A DNA stretch of 64,000 nucleotides from Halobacteriovoraceae bacterium (GTDB lineage: Bacteria > Bdellovibrionota > Bacteriovoracia > Bacteriovoracales > Bacteriovoracaceae): positions 128,001 to 192,000 of the forward strand of contig CAVRCF010000003.1 in assembly GCA_963719505.1 (NCBI GenBank). The letters run 5' to 3'. The stretch's first letter is position 1. Each line of letters opens with the position of its first letter. The translations under genes were made by a program, and so were the position numbers. The notes under the pieces are model-generated. The model saw nothing but the letters and a program-made list of their open reading frames with translations, did no database searches and was not told the origin of the DNA. This document shows positions 56,322 to 64,000 of the stretch, in pieces.

Positions 56322-57718
56322 AGGTACCTCTGCATATAGTTGAATATGGTTTTGAAATTTTTAATAGCTTCATCTACATCAAAACCTTTAGAAGTAGGGT
56401 AGAGAATGACCTCTAATTTATTTAAGAGATCGACTTTGTTTGCCTTGATGTCATCCTGTGAGGTTGAAAAAGTGTAGACTGTTCCATCTATTTCTGGAAG
56501 ATAGAAATGATCAACAAAAAAATAGTCAGCATAGTGTTCTTGGACATCTTTTGATATTAAAGACATTTTCTTCTTTAATGGAAGAAGCTCACTTTCTTTA
56601 TATGAATCAAAATGAGAGATGGGCCTAAAGGATTCTGAGTCAATGCCTCTAATCATATCTTCAATGAAAGAATTCATTTTGAAATCCTCATTCCATATTG
56701 AGTTATAGACATGTTGAGTCATAAGACATATCAACCTTAGATCGTGTGCCCAACTTGAGAAAAAATTGATATCTCTGTCGGTCTCTAGATCCATAAGCTT
56801 AAAGAGTTGGCCTCTGATATTATCTAGAGGAAGTCCCTTGATAAAAAGTTTAATATATTGAGGTGCACATTCAGGCTTTTTTGTGAAATCAATGGATTCA
56901 GTGTCTATAAAACGGCCATCAATCAATAAGTTATCGTAGCTTATTGACTTGTGAACGATTCCTTTTTTGAAAGCATTAATATAATGATGAAATAAAGTTT
57001 TTAGTATTTCTGATGGGGGAGAGTTAAATTTATTTTTAATGAAGTTTTGCGCTTTGATCTTATCTTCTTCACTGAGAAGGCAAGGGTGTAATTGGGCTAA
57101 GCGATATGTTTTGGCATCTCTTACTTGAAGAGTATTATGCATTTGATTAAAAGTTTTTTCTTTGTATAAGAATGATCCTAAAATCTCCAGTGAACCAAGA
57201 TTTGATCTCTGATTTACAACGATAGAGGAGATAATCGAGTTTAAGCAGTCTCTGGCCAAATAACCGCCCCAGCGGTGGTGGAAGTCTGGAGTTATCGCCA
57301 AAGAGTTTTTTCCGCAACCCTTCAATTGGGTATCATATAGTAAAACATGGCGAGAAGAGCCTATGGATTGATAATCAGGAGCAAAAAATCTTTCAGTGTT
57401 CAATGTCAAGTCGGCTTCTTTGTAAAAATTCTCGCTAGATTCTTTACTTTCAAAGCCACCTGAGTTGAAGGCCTTTGTAGCAAGACCAAATTGTGTCAAA
57501 TCTGTTTTTGTTTTATCAAAGATCATATGTTCACAGGCTTCTTGAACATCTTTAACATGCCATGATTTAAGTTGATGCGGGTAACTAGCTTTTAGCTGCT
57601 TAATATACTCAGCATTCATTTCCAATCTTTCTAAGCAGTCAGGGTTGATAACCCATGGCATAACTTCTTTTTCTTTCAAATAAACAGATGTATACTTTCT
57701 AAGATCTAAGTCTTTCAT
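56318..57718 (-). CDS. SelO/YdiU-like (MchC-like) kinase-fold protein
   Basis: WVINP, TQLKGCGKNSL, QVRDAKTYRL, GIVHKSISYDNLLIDGRFIDTES parallel the SelO motifs QLKGxG and GFxHGVMNTDN...G..IDY. Confidence 0.65.
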   Translation of the reverse strand: MKDLDLRKYTSVYLKEKEVMPWVINPDCLERLEMNAEYIKQLKASYPHQLKSWHVKDVQEACEHMIFDKTKTDLTQFGLATKAFNSGGFESKESSENFYKEADLTLNTERFFAPDYQSIGSSRHVLLYDTQLKGCGKNSLAITPDFHHRWGGYLARDCLNSIISSIVVNQRSNLGSLEILGSFLYKEKTFNQMHNTLQVRDAKTYRLAQLHPCLLSEEDKIKAQNFIKNKFNSPPSEILKTLFHHYINAFKKGIVHKSISYDNLLIDGRFIDTESIDFTKKPECAPQYIKLFIKGLPLDNIRGQLFKLMDLETDRDINFFSSWAHDLRLICLMTQHVYNSIWNEDFKMNSFIEDMIRGIDSESFRPISHFDSYKESELLPLKKKMSLISKDVQEHYADYFFVDHFYLPEIDGTVYTFSTSQDDIKANKVDLLNKLEVILYPTSKGFDVDEAIKNFKTIFNYMQRYL

Positions 57719-57746
57719 CTAAAAAGCTTACAGGTAGATCTGGGAT

Positions 57747-58871
57747 ATGAAAATGACAAAGTATTTGTGGATTCAGCTTGAAGGAAAGGACCATTGGAAA
57801 AGTTCGAGAGTCCTTGTTGAATCATGGAAACGTGCCTACCAGAGTCGAGCCGACATCGATTTTCAGGAAGTCTCTACAATTAATAACAAAGAGGAAATCT
57901 TAGCTTGGTTTAAAAATATTAACTTCAATCCAGACGTAATTGTGGTGGCCGATCCAAGAGTCAATATTGTGCTTCTCAAGTCAATCTTTAAAGAAAAATT
58001 CTTTTTTATCCATATTCTTGGAGACCCTATTAGGAAACTTTTAGATATCCATCAACAGGCACTTTTTGTAGATAAAACAAACCTCATTGTTGGAAGCTTA
58101 GCTAATTATAAAATATTATCAAAAATCGTTTCTCAAAATATAATTAAATATTTCCCTTTTAATCCTCCAGTTGAGACCCAAGCCCATTTTTCGAAGAAAA
58201 GAAAAAAATTTCTTTATATGGGGCGCATCGCTTATTTTAAGAATGTCCATCATCTCATAAACCTTTTTGATGAATTTTGTAAGTTAAACTCTGAGCAGAT
58301 TGAACTCACTATCGCTGGTTGTCCAAGTAACGTTAATCTTCCAGCCGAGCCAATGGGACATTATATAGGATATCCCGCTGAAATTTTTTTAAATGCACTC
58401 GAAAAAGAAAAAAACTCCAATCTTACTGTAAACTATCTTGGAGGTTTGGATGAAGACTCTCTAAAGAAAGAGGTGGAAAAGGCTGACGTCCTGGTGAGTT
58501 TGTCCACAGCTCCAGAAGAAGATTTTGGATTAAGTGTTCTCGAGGCTCTCGGCTTCGGTAAACCTTGTATTTTGACTCGCTGGGGAGGGTATCGTGAATT
58601 TGAAGGTCTCGAGGGAGTTAGCTTCGTCCCCGTCGACAAAGTTGATAATGGTCTTGTTCTCGATAAGAGGCGCTTCTTTGAGCTTATAAAAAAAGGATGC
58701 CTATTGAGTAAATTGACACTTATCGAATGGCAAAATAAAAGGGATGAAGTCCTGATGTCGACTAGCCTTAAACCAAGAGACGAAGAACTTAAGAAGAACG
58801 ATGAATTTAAAGTGAAATTTGGAGATTTTTATAATGCCTACGAGCGATATGTATCCCCTTACTGGGATTAG
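57747..58871 (+). CDS. Glycosyltransferase family 4
   Basis: LYMGRIAYFKNV, ADVLVSLST..EEDFGLSVLEALGFGKPCILTRWGG. Confidence 0.88.
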   Translation: MKMTKYLWIQLEGKDHWKSSRVLVESWKRAYQSRADIDFQEVSTINNKEEILAWFKNINFNPDVIVVADPRVNIVLLKSIFKEKFFFIHILGDPIRKLLDIHQQALFVDKTNLIVGSLANYKILSKIVSQNIIKYFPFNPPVETQAHFSKKRKKFLYMGRIAYFKNVHHLINLFDEFCKLNSEQIELTIAGCPSNVNLPAEPMGHYIGYPAEIFLNALEKEKNSNLTVNYLGGLDEDSLKKEVEKADVLVSLSTAPEEDFGLSVLEALGFGKPCILTRWGGYREFEGLEGVSFVPVDKVDNGLVLDKRRFFELIKKGCLLSKLTLIEWQNKRDEVLMSTSLKPRDEELKKNDEFKVKFGDFYNAYERYVSPYWD

Positions 58872-59481
58872 AGAAGACGAAAATTGGATCGTGACTCATA
58901 AGAAAAGATTGGATTTATCCTTTTCTACAAAAGAGAAACCTGTTTTCTTGAGTGCGAGTCTTCCTGTCATTATTCAATCAGATCAATTGCCACTTGCCTG
59001 GTTAAAAAGTGATCCAGGATTTAAAATCTTGCTCAGAGATAAAGCTGCTAACATTGAGAGAGATTGGATCTACCATCCAATGACCTCTCATAATAAAAGA
59101 AAATACCAACTACGACAAAAGCCAATTAAAGAGGTGATGCGAGTGTTAGTTGTTCTCGATTCAAACTCCTCACAATCTCAGCTCGCCGCATTTATTGAAG
59201 AGTCAAAAAAAAGATGGGACAAAGCTGATGTTTTATTTATTGGGTTTAGGCATTTATTACCGAAACTCAATACAGTATTAGTTGACCCTTACTTGTTTTG
59301 TTTTCAGTCCTCTTGGAGTCCAGATTTGATCATCTTTGATAATGGAGAAATCGACTTCTCTCCTTTCGTCCTGCACGGTCTTCATCTTGGGGGCAAGCTC
59401 GCTGATACTGCTCTGAGGGATGGTCAAAAGCCTAGTGAAGTTATAACAAGGTGGTATGGAGACTGGGAGCTTTATGATTAA
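58819..59481 (+). CDS. Hypothetical protein (start uncertain, possibly 58834 or 58849)
   Basis: Overlaps both neighbours in operon fashion; alpha/beta C-terminal half; no recognised motif. Confidence 0.6.
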   Translation: MEIFIMPTSDMYPLTGIREDENWIVTHKKRLDLSFSTKEKPVFLSASLPVIIQSDQLPLAWLKSDPGFKILLRDKAANIERDWIYHPMTSHNKRKYQLRQKPIKEVMRVLVVLDSNSSQSQLAAFIEESKKRWDKADVLFIGFRHLLPKLNTVLVDPYLFCFQSSWSPDLIIFDNGEIDFSPFVLHGLHLGGKLADTALRDGQKPSEVITRWYGDWELYD

Positions 59482-60073
59482 TGATATTATTATCGTCGAC
59501 GATTTTTTACCTAGTGAACTCCTTAAAACTTTTATGGATAAGAATAGGGAGTACAGCGCTATAGATAAGGTTTATTACGCAGGAGAGACTAACTTTCCAA
59601 CGTCTGGCGAGGTAAAAAAGCTTGGTCAATTTCTAAAAGAAAAAAAGATATTTGAATTTAAAGACTTTGAAATGAGGTTACGCAGAACATCTCCTCAGAA
59701 TAGTAACGATTTTAAAAGCTTTATTCACGTTGATACTTTCTGTGAATTTTCAGGAATTATTTATTTAAACTCTTCTCAAGATCGTAAAGATCCAACGGGA
59801 ACATATTTTTGGCAACATAAAGTTACAGGAAGAAAAATGTCACGTTTAGATAGCTTAAAAAATCAATTTATTGATAATGCTATTGTCGAGTCGAAGTCAA
59901 AAGATTTCTCGAGCTGGGATTGTTGGAAAAAAATTGAGTTCGTGAGTAATAGGGCCATCTTTTTTCCAGCAAACTTTTTTCATTCACCAGTTCCACCGGA
60001 TATTTTCTCAGGAGATAGACTTACTATAGATTTGTTTTTTAACAAGTTGAGTGACTTTAAGTTTCGAGAGTAA
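59474..60073 (+). CDS. 2OG-Fe(II) oxygenase (DUF6445-like)
   Basis: IIIVDDFL, FIHVD, GIIYLN, GTYFWQH, NRAIFFPANFFHS, RLT: HxD...H triad plus 2OG Arg. Confidence 0.8.
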   Translation: MINDIIIVDDFLPSELLKTFMDKNREYSAIDKVYYAGETNFPTSGEVKKLGQFLKEKKIFEFKDFEMRLRRTSPQNSNDFKSFIHVDTFCEFSGIIYLNSSQDRKDPTGTYFWQHKVTGRKMSRLDSLKNQFIDNAIVESKSKDFSSWDCWKKIEFVSNRAIFFPANFFHSPVPPDIFSGDRLTIDLFFNKLSDFKFRE

Positions 60074-60136
60074 GGATAATCTAACGAGGTGCCGGTCTTG
60101 CATCTTAACTTGTTAACTGTATGCCTTAGGACTCTT

Positions 60137-61018
60137 TCATGAGCTTTCTTCTTTGTGATAAACTTCTTTGTTGGTACAAACCTTTATCTCATCAGCTCCA
60201 AAACACTCATTTAATGTTTCCATAAAGTTGTCGAGCTTATCAAATTGAATTTTTGCAGTTTCTTGGTGGGAATTTACAACTAATGTAAGGTCTTTTTGTT
60301 GCGAGTATCGCTCCTTGATTTCATCAATTAGACTGGATATAGTACTTTTCTTCCAGTAATCAATTGCACCCAAATTGTTTGGAATTTCCATGATTTTTCC
60401 AGAGTTAGTTTCCAGTAGGAAAGGAGAAGTTGTGCATTCAACACCATCCCATAGAAGATTTAGGTAACGCTGCAGGTTGTCACCTTCCCAGCCACTTCCG
60501 TCGAGGAGACTTGGATTCGTAGCAGAACTTTCAACCTTTAGTCCACAATCAATAAGCGACTCACAGACTCGTTCATCAGCCATCCAGCCACCGGCGCGAA
60601 AAGATGTTATTCCTTTGAAGCCGCGAGACTTTAGTTTTTTTAATGAGTAGTCGATAAGCTCTCTTATTTCGGATTTGTCATAAGACAATAGCATGACCTC
60701 TTGACCTTTCATTTCTCCTTGATTGTAGTCACCGTCAATACTAAAACATGGACCTTGACGGGGTGTTACTCCTGCAGCATGCACAAGGTGATGAGGTGTA
60801 TGCAGGTGAAGTCCTATCTCATCATCTTGAGCTAAAACCGAGTCTATCTTCTCATCGACTTCTTCAGATGAAAAGCTAGACTTCGTATAGTAGGCGGGGT
60901 TCATAAAGTGTACCACAGGGACTTGCCAGCGCTTTTTAAATTGCCGTATTCGTCCAAGGTTTTCCTCTCTGAGTGATGTTCCTTCCCAATCGACACTGAG
61001 TATTAGGCTAATGCTCAT
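60137..61018 (-). CDS. Polysaccharide deacetylase-like (NodB/CE4-type barrel)
   Basis: LSVDWEG, DEIGLHLH, SFRAGGW, MEIP. Confidence 0.78.
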   Translation of the reverse strand: MSISLILSVDWEGTSLREENLGRIRQFKKRWQVPVVHFMNPAYYTKSSFSSEEVDEKIDSVLAQDDEIGLHLHTPHHLVHAAGVTPRQGPCFSIDGDYNQGEMKGQEVMLLSYDKSEIRELIDYSLKKLKSRGFKGITSFRAGGWMADERVCESLIDCGLKVESSATNPSLLDGSGWEGDNLQRYLNLLWDGVECTTSPFLLETNSGKIMEIPNNLGAIDYWKKSTISSLIDEIKERYSQQKDLTLVVNSHQETAKIQFDKLDNFMETLNECFGADEIKVCTNKEVYHKEESS

Positions 61019-61065
61019 TGATATCTCTCCACACTTTAGAGCTATTTACCTATCATGGGGGATAT

Positions 61066-61470
61066 ATGAACTTATTTAAAGCAGGAGGATTAAGACAGAA
61101 AAATTTGCGTTATTTCTTTAAGGGACTTAAATCACTGATGTTTAAAAAAGAGTTTAATCAACTCTCAGATGATACAAGGTTAAATATTCGAAAATCTTTC
61201 CTGGCCGTCTTTTCTTGGGTCATAATGATCGTTCTTTCAGTCATTATTGTGAGCTATTTTTCAACAGGTGAAGATTCCACTCATTCAGTTTTCTTTAATG
61301 TTGTGTCTGCCTTAACCAATTGCGGTTTAAGTCTTGGTACTCTAGATCAAACATTACCACTTGTTTCAAAGTTTATTTTTATCTTCTTAATGTCCGTAGG
61401 AAGGATTAATATTTCAGTGATGATTATGGTCTTTTTTCTCTTCGTCTCTAAAGTCAGTAAGATTAAATAG
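61066..61470 (+). CDS. Single-module TrkH/KtrB-like K+ transporter unit
   Basis: AGGLR remnant, TM, pore loop VSALTNCGLSLG, TM with LMSVGRI; likely ATG at 61066 behind GGGGGA. Confidence 0.65.
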   Translation: MNLFKAGGLRQKNLRYFFKGLKSLMFKKEFNQLSDDTRLNIRKSFLAVFSWVIMIVLSVIIVSYFSTGEDSTHSVFFNVVSALTNCGLSLGTLDQTLPLVSKFIFIFLMSVGRINISVMIMVFFLFVSKVSKIK

Positions 61471-61529
61471 TCGAGTTCTTATTTGGAACTGAAATCCATC
61501 TTTCATAGGTGAAGAAGTATTTTTCTGTC

Positions 61530-61892
61530 TTAAGGCAATATAAGAAAACCGTAAATAACAAATATTATGACACCAATCAAATGCGTTAAAGATGTCTTTT
61601 TACTCCCGTTTTTATAGACAACAATAAAGTCGATTAAAGCCACAGCTGAGATCATGAAACTTGTGTAGGCGATCATTTTCCAAGCTTCATTGAAATAGAG
61701 CATTAACATAACAAAGCCTATGAAGATATCCCTTACACCTAGACTCGATACATAAGCGGAGGCGATGCCGCTTACTGGAATCCCAAAGCCCTCAGACATT
61801 TTTGTAGGAAGTATTAGTGCAACTGTGCCGAGTAATACTGCAAGTACCCCGGTTATTAGGGCTACGTATTGTAATAAGTTCAGAATATTCAT
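61530..61892 (-). CDS. DUF4267-like membrane protein
   Basis: P...SEGFGIP, LGVRDIFIG, IDFIVV, THL; four TM segments. Confidence 0.72.
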   Translation of the reverse strand: MNILNLLQYVALITGVLAVLLGTVALILPTKMSEGFGIPVSGIASAYVSSLGVRDIFIGFVMLMLYFNEAWKMIAYTSFMISAVALIDFIVVYKNGSKKTSLTHLIGVIIFVIYGFLILP

Positions 61893-62261
61893 CTAGGGCC
61901 TTCTTTATATAATTATTTTTATTTATAAACTGTAACACGACTTAATCATACAGAACTTTCTTTTGAGCCTCAAAAATAAAAATCTTAAATCGTGTATGTG
62001 ATGCTATATTTTGAATTAAATATTATCCAGTAGCAAAAACATTAACTCTATTGATCGTAATTACGGTCGTTTAAATGGTGAAAAGTGGGGAAAGCAGCTA
62101 TTTTCGCCCCTTATGAAATCTAAAACACACTTCCTTAAATTTCTTTATAGGTTGTACATGTTTTTGCTGTCCAAAATGGCATATTTTTTAAAAAAGTATT
62201 AAATGTAAGCTTTTTTTTCTCCGAAAAGTAACTAAACCTCAATTTATATTTGGAGTAAAAC

Positions 62262-63944
62262 TTGAATTATCAAAAGCTTCTAATTATTTTAACTCTCTCA
62301 TTTATTAGCAGTTGTGCGTCAGTCGACCCACAAAAAGAGACCGTTTATGTCAAACAATTAGCTTGGGAAAACTATAAAGGGTGTAAAAACAAATTTAATA
62401 GATATTATCAAAGAGAGGATGCTAAGGAGGTTCTTGTATGTTCTGTAAAATATATGAGGGGAATGCCCAAGCATCATGCACAGTGGGAGGAAGGTAAAGA
62501 GTATATGGCATTCGCGACTAAAGATCGTGAATTTCAGCTTGAGCCAATTTACGATCAAATATACGCTCCTGAGCCAACCTATAGATCAGACCCTCCTTTA
62601 AAAGTCTTTCTGTACAGAAAGAAAAAAGGAGATTTCTTTATTCGTTATGATTTACGCACTAATACAGAAAAAGTAACTCCAATTGATCATTTAGAGCTAG
62701 GAAAAACTTTTTACCGAGCAACTTCATTCGATAAAGTTAGAAAAGACAAACGACTTTATTCAGGAGCATTTTCAGATAATATGCAGGCTTATTATTTTTT
62801 AGATAATGAGTTCAATATTATAAAAAAAATTGAAAATGTTGATAATGATATTAAAAGAAAACTGCTTTTTCCTCCAGTTCATTCACTTCGCTTAACTTTT
62901 CATGTTTCAGCAAAAAATGAAACTCGAATGATAAGACATAACCTTAAAGGGAGAGTGTTTTATCAAGTCTACGACCCGCAAGGAAATAAGCTTGGTGATG
63001 AGATCGACTTCAAAAAAGTAGTCTATTTTTATCAAAAGACGAGTCGAAATGTAAAAGACGCTACTTATGATGTAAGACCTTGGGTTGCTAAGGGAGGTGG
63101 CGTTTATATGCCAATTATTCATCATGGAAGCAATATCTTCTTTGATGGGACTAAAGATTATGGGGATTTCTTAGGTCAATATATATTGCCGGTAAAAGAG
63201 GACCATAGAAATAAAGTTTTTGTTGGATATCAAGAAGCTAAAGGGGAAAAAATTCAGAAAAGCACAGCAGGACCTATCGTTTTTAAAGATGACAAGGGCA
63301 TTTATTTTACAAAGTTAAACTATGATTTTCATGGAGCAGCCAAAGCTCCAATGGGAACTGTTAATTATCTGAAAAAAAAGCCTGAAAGTTTCTATCGAGA
63401 AGTTTTAGAGTTGCCATTTTACCCAGGTACTTTAACTTCTACAGGTGACTTAGTAATAGATGAAATTGAAGTCTATAGAGAACTAGATGATAGCTATTCG
63501 ATTGAAAAAAATGCATTCATCAAACGCAAGATGTCATCAATACATCCTGTAAATCAGTTTAAATCAATTGAAGAAGTTGAAAGAACACTTATAAAAGTTC
63601 AAGAAGATCTAATTGCAAAAGCTAAGATTAGAGCAGAGAAAGATAGAGAGAAAAGAGAATACCAAGAATCTTTAGCAGCAGCGAGAGCTAGAACTGATGA
63701 CATCATGGCCAATAGCAGATCTGCTCGTGACGAGAGACAAAAGAATCACTCAGCCAAAATGGCGATTAAAGATCACAATAAAAAATATGAAAAACCAAAC
63801 CCCTTGTTTAATCTAGATTTACATAAAATCATGGATTCTGCTGGGGCGAAAAGAAAAGCAGCTTGTTACAAAAAAATGAGCGATTCAAAAAAGAAATACT
63901 TAAGCGGATCTCAAGGGTGGTATCTTCAAGGAAAATGTAAGTAA
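62262..63944 (+). CDS. Hypothetical lipoprotein with C-terminal coiled coil
   Basis: TTG start after GGAG; lipobox ISSC; charged helical tail; terminal Cys pair. Confidence 0.7.
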   Translation: MNYQKLLIILTLSFISSCASVDPQKETVYVKQLAWENYKGCKNKFNRYYQREDAKEVLVCSVKYMRGMPKHHAQWEEGKEYMAFATKDREFQLEPIYDQIYAPEPTYRSDPPLKVFLYRKKKGDFFIRYDLRTNTEKVTPIDHLELGKTFYRATSFDKVRKDKRLYSGAFSDNMQAYYFLDNEFNIIKKIENVDNDIKRKLLFPPVHSLRLTFHVSAKNETRMIRHNLKGRVFYQVYDPQGNKLGDEIDFKKVVYFYQKTSRNVKDATYDVRPWVAKGGGVYMPIIHHGSNIFFDGTKDYGDFLGQYILPVKEDHRNKVFVGYQEAKGEKIQKSTAGPIVFKDDKGIYFTKLNYDFHGAAKAPMGTVNYLKKKPESFYREVLELPFYPGTLTSTGDLVIDEIEVYRELDDSYSIEKNAFIKRKMSSIHPVNQFKSIEEVERTLIKVQEDLIAKAKIRAEKDREKREYQESLAAARARTDDIMANSRSARDERQKNHSAKMAIKDHNKKYEKPNPLFNLDLHKIMDSAGAKRKAACYKKMSDSKKKYLSGSQGWYLQGKCK

Positions 63945-64000
63945 TGGAGAAACTCGTTCATAAAACTTGGCTACTTGATGGGATGTTCCATAGTGCTCCT

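Noticed and set aside
1-64000. Prophage, IS element, tRNA/rRNA or a recognised anti-phage defence island
   Set aside because: No integrase, transposase, structural phage gene, structural RNA signature or known defence gene recognised by eye

Overview
AT-rich bacterial chromosomal window, densely coding; no rRNA, tRNA, CRISPR array, integrase or transposase was recognisable by eye. The gene repertoire (many signal-peptide hypotheticals, Cti, a divergent PEP carboxylase, FliA- and sigma-54-like promoters) suggests Bdellovibrionota, probably Bacteriovoracia-like; this is inference, not a database result. In order: proB(partial)-proA-proC; FMN reductase and pirin; katG; cis/trans isomerase; collagen-like lipoprotein; secreted protein-glutaminase-domain protein with an ATP-grasp ligase; DUF4234 pair; two M14 peptidases, an RLAN-RimK ligase and a GNAT-C39 fusion; RMD1, ClC, 3'-5' exonuclease; RND pump; glutathione peroxidase, MipA; HK-RR-hybrid HK; Na+/proline symporter; QEGLA/DUF1704 peptidase; porin; TetR with a protein-arginine deiminase; PadR-chrA; ppc; three secreted unknowns; COG4337-like protein; exbB-exbD-tonB-TBDR-lipoprotein-GH3 (frameshifted). 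The two best candidates for undescribed systems are (1) a RiPP-like cluster at 54.7-61.0 kb: an apparently leaderless 60-aa precursor ending CGESS, a coupled PqqD/RRE, two GT4 glycosyltransferases, a SelO/MchC-like kinase-fold protein, a 2OG-Fe(II) oxygenase and a deacetylase; and (2) an operon at 44.8-46.5 kb whose three secreted proteins share six copies of one 35-aa beta-hairpin module, possibly forming a heteromeric beta-barrel.
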